59,477 bases of DNA, filler included, from Squatina squatina (GCA_031763465.1; 3 parts of 3 records of this genome joined end to end with filler, not necessarily neighbours in it), one strand, 5' to 3'. Counted from the first letter of the whole stretch, positions 10,667 through 23,420 are shown. Notes: a model not told the origin generated them from the letters alone. Made by a program: numbers and translations.

Positions 10667-13260
10667 ATGTGCAATGATGGCCCCCTCCCCACTTAGCTGA
10701 GAACATTCAAGGACTGAAACAATCATGGCTTCTGATCTAATATGCTTTAACAATTGTCAACCTTTTGCACAGGTTCTGAAAAAAATATTTGTAATAAAAT
10801 CAACTGAAACAAACTATTTTGGTATAAGTTCTGTGAAGTACATATAAATGCTTACATTCATCAAGGGGTAAATAAACCTCTGGGAAATAAGTTTATTTTG
10901 GTAAGGAAAGAAAGCTTATTTTTAAGAATTTGTCTCAAACAGTAACATAAATATTCTGAATGCACAGATTGACAGAGTGAAATTTATTATTCAAGGTGCA
11001 TGGCAGATTAGTCTTCGTAGACTAATGATTTGTGTTACGATTTATGTCACTTCTTCTGTATTATATACTAAGAATTTTTCTGAAGTTTCAAATTAGACCA
11101 GATATCTTCCACTGATGTACTACGCTTGCTGTGTGAGTGTTGTTGTGAAGTGTTACATTTTTACAGAGCCTTTTTGTTAGATGCCTACTTTATTAGAGGT
11201 AGAGCGATGTGATCTAGATTTTCTTTTTTCCTCAAACTACAATTTGCCTTAAACCTCTTGTTTCAGTAGCTAGCTGTTTGAAGCATTTTAAAAACCTCTA
11301 TAAAATATAGTGCTGTGACCATACAAAATGGCTCAGCAATGCCTTGTAAATCAGCATTAATAGACTTTTATAGAATTGATAGTCCTAATTTGACTGGTTG
11401 TGGATCACACCTTTTTAATGTATTGTTGATGTTTTTAATAATTTTCATTGTTCTTAGCTAAGTAATAATTGAAGTAGAAATTTTAGGAGGAACAGGCGTG
11501 TGTTAGGTGAAACACATTTTCTGAGTTTGATGACATTTTAACAGAAAGAAGTGTTTTTAAGGTGGTTGGGTTGTAAATTCGTCTTATAATAGAAATGAGT
11601 TAGGAATTCTGCTATATAGTGAAAAGAAAAAATCTTTTGGCTTTTTTCAAAATAAATTGATGTTGTAGTCTTACATTAGATAAAAGGGGTAGGAGTGGGT
11701 GGGTCTGTCATGACAGAATGTGTTTTTTTATCTGTTTTTGCAGGTTTTAAGAGTTGCTAAAGCTTAGATGATTTATGATTGCTCACAAGGTAGCAAGCAA
11801 ATGAGTTGCTATTACAGCAAAAAAAATGAAAGCTAAACCAGTTTTGCTCTTCGAAAATAAACTGAGAGATTGGCATAACTTTGAATGGGTACTAGCTCTC
11901 TGTTAGGTATATAAAAAGACTTGGCACTTTTAAAAGTTAATATTACCAAAGAATTATGAGCTAGCAACTAGTCAAATGGAAAAAAAAGTTTTCTCTCAGC
12001 CTAGAATTTCTTCTGTACTCTTTTTACTTTATTTTGTGCCGGACCAGTTTGCGATTAGATGTGCCTTTTTACATGCATTTGCATTTCTTTTAAAATGTAG
12101 GGACACAAAGAAGCATGAAGGAAGGTTACGATCCAAGCAGTGCCACACTTTATATAATTTTCATTACCATCATTATCATCTTCACTACAAGTGCTAGAAT
12201 AATAAGAACAATTTTGAAGCTATGAAATCACTGATAACTATTTGGAGCTTTATCTGATCGAATCAGCTTTATTTCACATCAAGCCAGTAAAGCTCACCTC
12301 ATTTATTCATGACTTTGTATTTAAAAATAAATGAAATAGGTCGTCTTCCAAGAGAGACTGTGCATTTGTCTGGTCAGCTTTTGATCAGTTATCTACCTCA
12401 AAAGGTTTTATTTCTGTTGTGCTTGGTTAGGTTGTTGGGCCTGCCTGTCTCAATAGACCAAATCACTCTAGCTCAGGAGCTGGGGCTAAACAATTTATGT
12501 TTTCATGTGTTTAGTTATTTTTCAGAATTATTGTAATATGTCAATGTATTCTTGTCATCAGTAAATTTCATAGTTTCAAAATATTTGCTGCTTAGGAGAT
12601 TTTTTTAAAAACATAGTGTTTGTTAGATTCTCAACACATGCATCTTTTATAAAGCAAAACAGNNNNNNNNNNNNNNNNNNNNNNNNNNNNNNNNNNNNNN
12701 NNNNNNNNNNNNNNNNNNNNNNNNNNNNNNNNNNNNNNNNNNNNNNNNNNNNNNNNNNNNNNNNNNNNNNNNNNNNNNNNNNNNNNNNNNNNNNNNNNNN
12801 NNNNNNNNNNNNNNNNNNNNNNNNNNNNNNNNNNNNNNNNNNNNNNNNNNNNNNNNNNNNNNNNNNNNNNNNNNNNNNNNNNNNNNNNNNNNNNNNNNNN
12901 NNNNNNNNNNNNNNNNNNNNNNNNNNNNNNNNNNNTAGACAGCCATTAAATTATAAAGAAACTTAATTTATGAAGAAAGACCTTTTGTACAGATTGTTTG
13001 AAAAAGATTTTCATAGAGATGTCTATATGATCAAGAGAGTTAATTTTTTATTTTTGTTTTACTCGTGCCACAAACTTGCCAGTGGTAACTTATTTGTCCG
13101 GTTCCAAATGACTCATTCTGTAGTTTTGTTTCCTAAGATGTGTTGTTTAAGCCAAGAAAACATTTTTGAACTGTAAATTAATTTAGATTGTTACCTTAGT
13201 ATTTCTGTTCACTTTCTTTTGGAAAACTTTTGAATAAAAAAAGACCAAGTGAAAATACTT
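10667..13260 (+). other. RBMS1: RBMS1 terminal non-coding (3'UTR) exon, interrupted by a gap
   Basis: Strong acceptor cttcctcatttttccatttcag|ATGTG. The first ~200 nt resemble the human RBMS1 3'UTR as recalled (ACAATCATGG..TTCTGATC..TTTTGCACAGGTTCT..AAATCAACT..TATAAGTTCT). AU-rich with no recognisable repeats; AATAAA at 13233-13238. The 3' end is uncertain. Confidence 0.7.
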
Positions 13261-15199
13261 CATCTTACAGTTGTATTAATCTGATTACTTTCCATTTCTC
13301 TTCTTCATGGGCTTTTGATCCAAGTAGTGTTCTGCTGAAGTTTGTTCTTTTGTGCATTCTGTGTCATTCTCTTTCCACTTGCTGTGCTATATTGGATACA
13401 AGAATCTATTTATGTTTTCCCATAAGTTAAGAAATTGTCTGGGAAAGTCTGATTAAGTGTTTACAAAGGAAATCTGCCTAAGTGCATGTTCTGAAAGAGA
13501 GCAATGAGATTNNNNNNNNNNNNNNNNNNNNNNNNNNNNNNNNNNNNNNNNNNNNNNNNNNNNNNNNNNNNNNNNNNNNNNNNNNNNNNNNNNNNNNNNN
13601 NNNNNNNNNNNAGTGAATTTTTAAAATTGTTTTTAACATTTGACATTTTTAAAGTCTCCAACAATAAATAATATCTGAAGGAATGAGACTCCACACTTGT
13701 TATAGATAATTTTCGGAGCAGTTGATTGGCAGTAACTAACAATTATCACGTCGCTCTTCATGACAAGACTTAACTTTCTGTGGCGAGTTTAGTTTGTATC
13801 TACCATGTAAATACACCAACTTCACAACATTCAATACATGTCAATGGTGAGGCAGCCAGCAAAATGGCATTTTCGTGAAGCTCACAACAGAGCAACACAA
13901 CTTGGACAGCAACTTTTTGATATTGGCATTTAACCATGCACCTGCTCCTAGCCTGTAGTTGCTGTTACATTTATGCATAAATAAAAGCAAGCGTCATTAG
14001 CCTGACCGTTATTTTGACAGCAAAATCTGGTCCAACATAACTGCTACTCACATTTTAAAATTGATTCTTTCTTCAGAACATGTTAAATTATATATGTGTG
14101 GGAAATCTCACCCAGCTTCGAGCCTGTAAAAATAAATGGGCCTATATAACTTTGATCTCTGCAAATAATGCACATCAAAACATAGATCCATCTCAGACCG
14201 ATACAAGTTGTCTCACTTCAGCCTTAGAATGCAGTTATATTAGCAGTCTTAGAGTGCATTTGTACCACTGCTATAGCATCAATGCAAAGTTTTGCACTTG
14301 CTAAAGCTGTAGTATAAATCCATAGGGCCTGACTTGACTCAAGTGGTGTCAGACTTGCAGAGGTGGGTATCTCATACCACTTGGATGCAATGTCAAACTG
14401 GGTTTAAAAATATGCTCAGAGGGCTGCTTCCATCCCCCGATTGCCAGCTATATTACATTAAAATGCCTAAACAGTGCACACATTGCTACCTGCACTCTCT
14501 AAGCATTTAAATATATGAATGTAACCAAACTCATGAAGTAACAACTCGCCTCAGACGGGTAGTTGCAGTATTAATGCAGCAGGAGACCACTGTAGTGCTC
14601 AGTTGGCAAAAGTGAATTATACCAATAATTGCTCCCCACATTGTGGTTAGTAACAAAAAGCTCAATGCATGCTTACTTTGATAGATATGACTAGAAAATG
14701 ATGCAATTGGGATAGTATATCTCTGTGCTGTCCATGCACTCTCCTCTCAAATCAGTATCGAGCAAGTACCAGCAGTATAACTTTACTATAAGATTCTGTT
14801 TCTGCTAATCCTAACCAAAAGTTTAATACAGTAGTTTAATTTGTCTATATTTTTAGAGAAAAAATGTGATACGTATAACCTCCTCATGCTTCATTTTGGG
14901 AATAGATATAAAATGTGAAAAGTGTAAGGGATATCTTACCCTTTTATTAGAACCTCAATTATCACTTAAAATATTTCAAAATAATTTTTATCATAGACAG
15001 TGCTATACAAACTTTATTTAGAGGATTCATTCTTTTCTGATTGAATCAAGGTATTTAAATTTCCTTCACCTGTACGTGCAAAGTTCTGTTACACTCTTTT
15101 TCATGAGGTGCTCAATATTTTTCAAACTCAGGTGATGCTACATTCTAAACTCTATTGTGCATGGAAGTGGAAAACTATTGTATATTTGTTTTTAAATAG

Positions 15200-15365
15200 G
15201 AGTATCGAGGAACATTGTTTGCCCACATTTGGTTACAGACACATGCTATCACTGACTGGGGACACCACAAAATTTAATGAAGTTGTTCAAAAACAACAAA
15301 TTTCTGCAAATATGGACACTCCTGAAGGAGGATTTGATGCAATATTACAAGCATCTGTCTGTAAG
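15200..15365 (+). CDS. ITGB6: Integrin beta-6 exon (betaI/VWA domain)
   Basis: tttaaatag|G AGT ATC...TGT AAG|gtaaat; 166 bp; [61 protein letters not shown] and [13 protein letters not shown] are beta6-type, and ITGB6 follows RBMS1 in human. Confidence 0.9.
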
Positions 15366-15486
15366 GTAAATTGGCCTTTTAAATTCATTTACTTGTGGGA
15401 TTAGTCACTACAGCACAGATAGGAAAGAACTGATATACATGTCCTAAAGCAACTTGTTGAAGTATTAAAAATAATCTATATTTTAG

Positions 15487-15502
15487 GAAAGAATTGGTTG
15501 GC
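15487..15502 (+). CDS. ITGB6: ITGB6 next exon, 5' stub truncated by a gap
   Basis: ttttag|GAA AGA ATT GGT TGG C = ERIGW(R) (human EKIGWRN), after a 121-bp intron (15366-15486). Confidence 0.8.
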
Positions 15503-16508
15503 NNNNNNNNNNNNNNNNNNNNNNNNNNNNNNNNNNNNNNNNNNNNNNNNNNNNNNNNNNNNNNNNNNNNNNNNNNNNNNNNNNNNNNNNNNNNNNNNNN
15601 NNCAGGATGTTCTTCATTAAAGGCAGGAACTTTGCTGCAGTTGATAATTATACTATTGGTATGATACTGGTACTATTTTGAAACAGTGTGCAGTTTCACT
15701 ATCCATTTGCAGTGCTTAAATAAAACTTACAATTCTGCATATGCACACTTGTGTGCATCAACCACATGCTGATGTACAGAGACATGCTAAAACACACATT
15801 GCTCAAATTCTATCTTAATTTGCTCTAAATTTATTGTCTGCAATGGAGAGCTAGTAAATCGTTTTTATTTTCTATATGTTTTCCCATTTTATATTTGCAC
15901 TGACCTTTTCACTCATTAACAACCAAAGAAAAATATACCATCCATTTTGGTGTTTTAAACAAGATCCTTGTTGTCAATTTCATTGCTCAGACTTATTGGT
16001 CGTAGCCATTTCACATTTTGCAATGCATTGTGCATTGCAGTCTAATATTCATGTCGCTTTGGCCACAGATATACTAGACTTGACCTGCATTAAGAGTGAT
16101 GCAGGTCTGCCTCTTCCAGGTGATCTCAAAAAACTTGGAAAACTCCAAACCATTGTAAGTTTGACAGGGTTACACTTCTCACTGCGCATCATTGCAATTT
16201 GGAAAACTATGTTCCATTGACACAAGGCATGCAGTCTTACTACAGCATTAAATCCCAGGTTGTGAACAGACAGAATATTGAAATAAATGGCTACCATATT
16301 TTAAACCAAAATCAACAACAAAGAACTGAATCAAGTTATTTACAGAATAAGAGACTGAGTTCGTCACCCTCCAATATTATCTCAGATTTTGCCACAATGA
16401 TCACTTTTCACATGCTTCTGGCTATTTTTAGAAATAAGGGTTTATATTGATGATTTATTTTGTGTGTTTTTGAAAATGAATCCTCACATACTTGTTGCTT
16501 CCTTGTAG

Positions 16509-16598
16509 AATTATGCAAAACTGATACCTGGTGCCACAGTGGAGGTGCTTGCAAGTGATTCTGGAAATATCCTTCAATTGATTATTAAGGCATACAAG
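16509..16598 (+). CDS. ITGB6: ITGB6 exon (end of betaI domain)
   Basis: ccttgtag|AAT TAT GCA...TAC AAG|gtacat; 90 bp; [30 protein letters not shown] (human [30 protein letters not shown]). Confidence 0.92.
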
Positions 16599-17589
16599 GT
16601 ACATTTTTGTATTTTTAGCATTTAACAGAAAAGTCAAATCTCCAAGCCATTCATTGAAAACATTTATTTCTTAGTTAACTGACTAATTTCTTCACAAATA
16701 TTCAGATCTGGTGTGAATCTGACAACCTGGATTTTAAGTCTGGGTGTAAGNNNNNNNNNNNNNNNNNNNNNNNNNNNNNNNNNNNNNNNNNNNNNNNNNN
16801 NNNNNNNNNNNNNNNNNNNNNNNNNNNNNNNNNNNNNNNNNNNNNNNNNNTGGACAGAAAAAATGCTCTCATCTCTACATCGGAGATACGGTACAGCTTA
16901 GTTTTCCTATTTAAACAAACAAATCCGAATGACATGTGCTTGATTGTGAAGAACACTTTTTGCAATATTGTCACTTTTGACACTCTATCATTGTCTCCCA
17001 ATATAGCCAATCACACGCATTACAATAAACAGGAATTCAGCACTGACATAAAAAGATATAAGAGTGCGCTTAGCACTTAAAGAAATCAATACCTATTACT
17101 CAAAGTTGCTTTGTTTCCTCAAAGTACTGCCCCTTTTCTTATTTCTGCCAAAAGAAACTGAGGATAGACCTTACTGACCAACTCAGGAGTGCGGCACAGC
17201 CATAGAACTGCCCTATCACAAGGACAATAGTGCAGGGATGTGGATGCCTCAAATGCTTCCATCAGCAAGTGTCACTATATCAGAAGGATTTTATAACTTC
17301 TGACTTCCCAATTAGGATGCGTGTCAGTCAGGGCCAGCACTGTACACCACTTCCCCATCATTTTTAACAGTCAGCATGAAGCCTATAAAGTGTCTTGACA
17401 CTGCAGAGGAATCAGCTACCAGCTAAACATGAAAACAAACATTCGTACTTACAATTATTTTTTAAAAAAATAAACTACAAATTANNNNNNNNNNNNNNNN
17501 NNNNNNNNNNNNNNNNNNNNNNNNNNNNNNNNNNNNNNNNNNNNNNNNNNNNNNNNNNNNNNNNNNNNNNNNNNNNNNNNNNNNCCTAG

Positions 17590-17812
17590 GCCATGGGCTA
17601 TGCGATTGTGGGGAATGCCATTGTCACCAAGGATGGACTGGTGAATATTGTAATTGCAGCACAAATACAGAGCTTTGTATTTCTGAAGATGGAGTCCTAT
17701 GTAGTGGACGTGGAGAGTGCATCTGTGGCAAATGTGCCTGCACGCAACCAGGAGCCTCTGGGGATCAGTGTGAAAAATGTCCAACTTGTTATGACCCCTG
17801 CACTTCTAAACG
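17590..17812 (+). CDS. ITGB6: ITGB6 exon (cysteine-rich I-EGF repeats)
   Basis: cctag|GC CAT GGG...AAA CG|gtaat; 223 bp; (G)[73 protein letters not shown](R). The ORF track shows the wrong frame. Confidence 0.92.
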
Positions 17813-17885
17813 GTAATCACCACAGTTCGGTAGGAAAAGAATATCTGGAGAATAGCCAACTAGTGTGCCACAACCAAAAATCCAC

Positions 17886-18261
17886 AAAGAAAGAAAAAAA
17901 GAACCTGCATTTAGGACATTCAAAGTGCTTCACAGTTGATGAAGTATTTTTTGAAGTGTAGTCACTGTTGCACTGTCGGGCAACTTAGCAGCTAATTGCA
18001 TACAGCAGGGTCCCACAAACNNNNNNNNNNCCAGTGGTGTTGGTTGAGGGAGAAATGTGCTAAGGGATCTTTTATGTCCACCTGAGAGGGTAGATGAAGC
18101 CTCGGTTTAACATCTCATCCAAAAGATGGCGCCTCTGACAGTGCAGCACTTCCTCAATACTGCACTGAAGTGTCAGCCTAGATTATGTGCTCAAGACTCT
18201 GGAGTGGGGTTTCCACCAATGACTTTCCGACTCAGATGAGAAGTCGAGTACTGATCCAAGC
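17886..18261 (-). mobile_element. DeuSINE (SacSINE1-like), near full length
   Basis: Reverse complement of the Deu-domain core (ccacctgagagggtagatgaagcctcggtttaacatctcatcc...gacagtgcagcac) plus head and tail. Confidence 0.8.
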
Positions 18262-18361
18262 NNNNNNNNNNNNNNNNNNNNNNNNNNNNNNNNNNNNNNN
18301 NNNNNTTAATTAATTAANNNNNNNNNNNNNNNNNNNNNNNNNNNNNNNNNNNNNNNNNNNN
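18262..18361. other. Synthetic scaffold spacer 44N-TTAATTAATTAA-44N
   Basis: A 12-mer (18306-18317) with stops in all six frames, centred in a block of exactly 100 positions; identical to 39328-39427. Confidence 0.95.
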
Positions 18362-19539
18362 AAAGGTGCAATATAAATGCAAGTTTTGAAATTTCTTTTC
18401 ATTTATGATTGTGGAGCTTCATTAACTGCATTGCATACAGTGATGAAACTCCAAATTCAACTTCAAAGCTGAAATAATGTGTACTAATTAAATCGCATGT
18501 AAATAAGTATCATCATACAGTTATCCAACTATCGAGTTGTATCTCTGTAGATAAATCATTCTGGTCCTAGGTCGTATATTTATACATAAATGCCCAATTA
18601 GAGAAAAATGTTCAATATTATTGAAGTATAACAGCTGTAAACGCTTCACTGTGTTCTTCTGATGCATTGGCATCCTTCTAAAGTCCAGTCTTCCATTCTG
18701 CGAGCTGTAGGTTACATTTTCACGTATGCGACACCAAAATATTTATTTTCGAAGAACCGCGAATTTTGAATTAAAATTGACTGTCAGTTACGGTTTGCAT
18801 CCAATTAATACTTCGTTCTATGTTGTTTATTATACGACATACAGCAAGGTAACTAGCAACAGGGTGACGCTGGTCAGTGTTATTGGAGCCTACAATAATA
18901 GTATGGATTGTTCTACGCCTTCCGAATTAAGCCATTCTAATTGTATTTGCCTTATTTATTTTTGTATTAAAATCGGTATGTTCTAAATTATGCTGTATTA
19001 CACGTGCAAGTTACTTTGTTCACAATCGTTGTATGTAAATTCTCTGTTTAAAATGACTGCAAATAATCAAAAGCACAGAATCCACAGCAGCGATATTAAT
19101 GCACAGGGGCACCTAAAGACTGCAGCATAGTCACGTCTTAGGGCTGTTACTTTGTCAGCCTGATCCTTTGCTATACTCTAGGGTCCGAGCTTTATAATTA
19201 GTCACCAACTGATAGCGCTTTATTTCTAAGGACGCCGAGTACCTCAAGCTTTTCGACCTCAGCGTGTTGCAGTTACTATGGAGCCAGAACTTACAGTCTG
19301 CATTTCCCCTGAGCCCTACGGAATTACAGCAGCCGAACAGCGGTGATTTTCTACTCTGGCACTGGCACCTTAGTCTAAGCTCAGCAACCTCAGAAAACAT
19401 AAAAACCATCTCAATGTTATTATTTCGATTCCTAAACTCGGAAAGATTTAAGAATTTCTGATCAATATAAACCTTGCAGTCAGGTGCTATCGAAATAACA
19501 CAATCTGCTTTCTATTATATAATTGACGTTGCAAATGAA

Positions 19540-19665
19540 ATCTCGGCTGATCCCCACCCATCGCCCAGACCAGTAGTCCCACCCTCACTACTGCTCTGCT
19601 GAGATCAGTTAGCTTAGTTCAGGCAGGGATCCACCCTGGGATCTTCCTGATGTGGATGGTTATGA
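19540..19665 (-). mobile_element. AmnSINE2-like SINE fragment
   Basis: Reverse complement (ggaagatcccagggtggatccctg..ctaagctaactgatctcagc..ggggatcagcc) aligns by eye with 42490-42755. Confidence 0.5.
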
Positions 19666-19977
19666 AGCAAGCTTGGCAACATGTTGATGCTCTAAGTCAT
19701 GTCTGTGAGTTCTATTTTACATATTTTTAAAACGCCCCACCCCACCACCCAAACCAACTGCTTCCAATTTTCTTCCACCTCTTTTCCTTAAACAGAAGCG
19801 GCGTTCGCCTTGCGAGGGCTTTGTGCCCTGGTTCGATTTGGGGCCCCTACAGTTTGCTAAATGATACTAAATACTACNNNNNNNNNNNNNNNNNNNNNNN
19901 NNNNNNNNNNNNNNNNNNNNNNNNNNNNNNNNNNNNNNNNNNNNNNNNNNNNNNNNNNNNNNNNNNNNNNNNNNNNN

Positions 19978-21290
19978 AGAGGGGGAGGAGTAATATTGAT
20001 GATTAGAAATGAAATCACTTCAATGGTGAAAGGATATAATGAGAGCAGGCAGTGGAGACTTTATGGGTAGAATTAAGAAATACAAAAGGATTTAAGACTA
20101 GTGGGAGTTGCGTAGAGGCTGTGAAGTGCTAGATTATACGCTGGGCAAACATGTAGCAAAGGCAGAGTGGCTTTAATGGGGAGTTTTAACTTTCATATAG
20201 ATTGGGATAAGCAGACAAGGTAGTGAATTTCTTGAGTGTGTCCGGGATAGTTTTCTGCAATAATATGTCCTAGAATCAACAAGGGGGCATGCCATATTAG
20301 ATTTAGCAATTAGTCATGAGACAGATTTGGTTAACAGCATAACTGTGCGTGAATATTTATCTAATAATGATCGTAACATGATCGAGTTCAACGTAACATT
20401 GGAAGGGGGAAATGCGAAACAGCTATGAAGATTCTAGATTTAGGTAAGGCCGACTTCAACACGATGAGATAGAGTCTGTCCACAGGAAACTGAGCAAATT
20501 TGTTAATGGGTAAAATGGCAGAAGTTCAGTGGTAGGTGTTCAAAAAAGAATTCAGTGTGCTACAGAACCAGTTTATAAGGGGCAAGAGCTCTGCTTCCCA
20601 AAAAAAGTCATACTAAAGAGATAAGGGGCAACAAAAACTGAAAGAAAAAGCAGACAGAAATGCAAAAGAATAGCACAGATCCTGGTGAATGGATGAGATA
20701 CAAAGAACAGCAAAGGGTCACAAAATAGATAGTAAGAGCTACAAAAAGGGAGTATGAAAAGAAACTTGAAAAGGATATCAAATCAACTCAACAATTTTTT
20801 ACAATTATATCAGGAAAAAGATGGTGGGCAAGAACAACTTTGGCCCCTTGAAAACCGATAATGGTGATATTGTCAATGAAAATAAGAAAATGGCGAACAT
20901 GTTGAATAATTACTTTGTGTCAGTGTTTACAGTAGAGGAAGAGAATAGCATGCCAGAAATCTCAAGGAAACTAATATTGAATCAGGGACGGAGACTCACC
21001 AAAATTAACGTAAGCAAAATAACAGCAATGAAGAAAATAATGGCACTAAAGAGTGACAAATCCCCACGACCAGATGGTTTCCATCCCAGGATTTTAAAGG
21101 ATGTAAGTGAGAACATTGCAGGTCCCATAACTATAATCTTCCAAAGTTCTCTCAATTCAGGAACTGTTCCTTTAGATTGGAAAATTGCACATGTCACTCT
21201 GCTATTTAAGAATGGTGAGAGAGGGAAACCAGGGAGTTATAGATCAGTTAGCCTAATATCTGTTGTCAGAAAATTATTTGAGTGTTATTC
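19978..21290 (+). mobile_element. CR1 LINE ORF2 fragment (endonuclease end to RT start), decayed
   Basis: RGGGVILMI; ORF 20821: MANMLNNYFVSVFT..LKSDKSPRPDGFHPRILKD..IIFQSSLNSGTVPLDWKIAHVTLLFK..YRSVSLISVV. Confidence 0.92.
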
Positions 21291-22278
21291 ACGTAGCATT
21301 CCAAAGATCTGCAGGGACCCAGTAACTTATGTTTGCCATGCAACAACGAGTTTATTTTGCATAAGGCACTGGTCCTAACATGTATTACATGCAGGCAATA
21401 TTTAATACATTTAAGATGTTTAAAATAATTTAAAGTGTTATTTCCTAGTATACTTACTAGTGATACTGTTGTGAGATCAGGGGATCCAAACCTCCAAAAT
21501 TCATCCATGCAGGTTTGAAGCTGCAGTTTGGAATGGGGAGTTAGTTTAATTTAGTTGGTTATGGAGTTTGTGTGCCACATGTGAAACATTTTTTTCATCA
21601 TGATATCTGCAACACCTTTGATGCTTGTGTCATTTGCTCCAAATGTATTTGGTTACCTTGTACCTTATTTTGTGATGATAATGGGCCCAAAACATAGATT
21701 GGTGGAAGCATGAAACCACCTGTCTAGAAGCTACATATATTGTTTAAATGTCTGTCAACCAGTATTACTGCCCAGGAAGATACCAGTGTTAGATGAAGTA
21801 ATGTGACAGCTGTTTCTCAGCTACCATTTGATTGCATGGCCTTTGTTTTCTATGCCGGCAGTTAACAAAAGCTTCGTTCAGTTTACTGAAGCTCAGTGGG
21901 AAACATGAATTTGACCCAAAGGCATTTGCTTGCCCATTTTCATTCAGATCGATGCTATCATGTTCCCATGCAATAATTACAGCTTGTTAATGTTCTAAAC
22001 CTTTGCTTCAATTACATGTAAGTATACTGCTGGGAACCTTTCCACTAATTTAAGATCAACTCTAGCATTACTATGCTGCTTCATTGCTAGTATAACTGGA
22101 TGATCTTACAATGTACCAGTCGAGGCTCATGATTTTTGTATTTTGAGTGCGAGTGGAGAGTAGTATGCCAATTACCATAATGAGCTTTGACAGTTCTTAG
22201 CCAAGTCACTCACTGCCACAGTAGTTTGCAACACCTAAATCTCTGAATCTCTGTTTGTTTATGACCCTACAGTATGGA

Positions 22279-22582
22279 GTGAGCCTTTGGTTTAGTGGTG
22301 GCATTCCCGTGTCCAAGTCAGAAGGGGCAGGGTCTTTACCCTGCATTGGGCAATCCCGGCGAGTGGAGACCAGAGCTCCGGCTCTAAATTCTGGGTTGAC
22401 ATCCAGTGGGCCCAGTGGGTGTGGGTGCTGCCCCCGCTCCTCATTGATGGGTTATGAGATCCCTAAAACCATCCCACTAACCACCCTGGTATCAGCTGAT
22501 ATAATCTGGTTACAGAGACTACCAGTGCGAAAGTGGCAAAGTGTCCTTGAAGCAGTACATGCTCCTCAAAAAAATATATGTA
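22279..22582 (+). mobile_element. Unclassified tRNA-derived SINE
   Basis: A-box-like tggtttagtggt, tRNA-like head, GC-rich body and A-rich end (ctcaaaaaaatatat). Confidence 0.4.
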
Positions 22583-22589
22583 TATTGAT

Positions 22590-23420
22590 GGTCATCAGAC
22601 TAACTGTAGGTCCTCCAGAAAAATCAGCTGGATCCAACATATCCATGCAATGGAGCAGATTGGAAGGGAGATTTCACAACTTCTTAAAGACAGGGTTACA
22701 TTTAATCCATTAACCAGTAGATTTCCATCTGTACCATTAAATTCAAGATTCTGTTGCAGCAAAATTTTATATTTTCTGATTTATTTTTAAACTGAAAAAT
22801 CTGCGAACGGCACCATAGAGGGTGGACAGAGTAGAAGAGATAAGGAGTTAATTCACAAAAGTAGTGATCAAGGAATGTCCAACTTTGGTTTTAAAAGCCT
22901 AAAGATTGTAGAGAAGGGAGGAGGGTCTTCCATTGAGAGACGAGAGGAGATCACCTATCAGATCAAAAACCTTTTCTGCATTTTCAACATCTCACCCAAT
23001 GGCTATTCTTGATCTGTACACCTGGACAGTGGAGTGTCAGCAACCTAATGAAGCATGGGTGAGAGAGAGCTGCTAGGCTGGAATAAATTTTTGTTCTTTG
23101 AGAAAATGATTCTTGTCAGTTACAATGCGAAAAGCTGAACTTGGTGCAATTAAAAGGATGCGTGTTGGCCAATGACCAATTTAATTAATATACGCAGATG
23201 TCATTGAGCAAGGTTTAAGGTGTGAATAAACAGAGATCCAGTACCCCCTTTTAACTTAGACAAAGTACACAGGTAGAAATCTCTGAGCTCGGAGGGAGGG
23301 GCGACTACTCCTTTAACAACTGAACGTATTTAACCCTTCCTGTCCCGGAAGACCAAAACACGAGTTGTGCCAACCATCAAGAAATGTCTTTACTTCTGAA
23401 AATGTACATACATCCTCAAA
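22590..23420 (-). mobile_element. L1/Tx1-like LINE RT relic, highly decayed
   Basis: Minus-strand remnants occur in RT order: GLPGQEGL (cf. SPGPDGL), EQKFIP (cf. DQTGFIP), NAEKVFDLI (cf. DAEKAFDRV). Confidence 0.5.

Noticed and set aside
2911-17812. Pseudogenisation or exon loss in RBMS1 and ITGB6
   Set aside because: All visible exons are intact with canonical splice sites, and the missing exons coincide with N gaps.
17593-17961. 122-aa [14 protein letters not shown]...
   Set aside because: Wrong frame over the Cys-rich ITGB6 exon 17590-17812.
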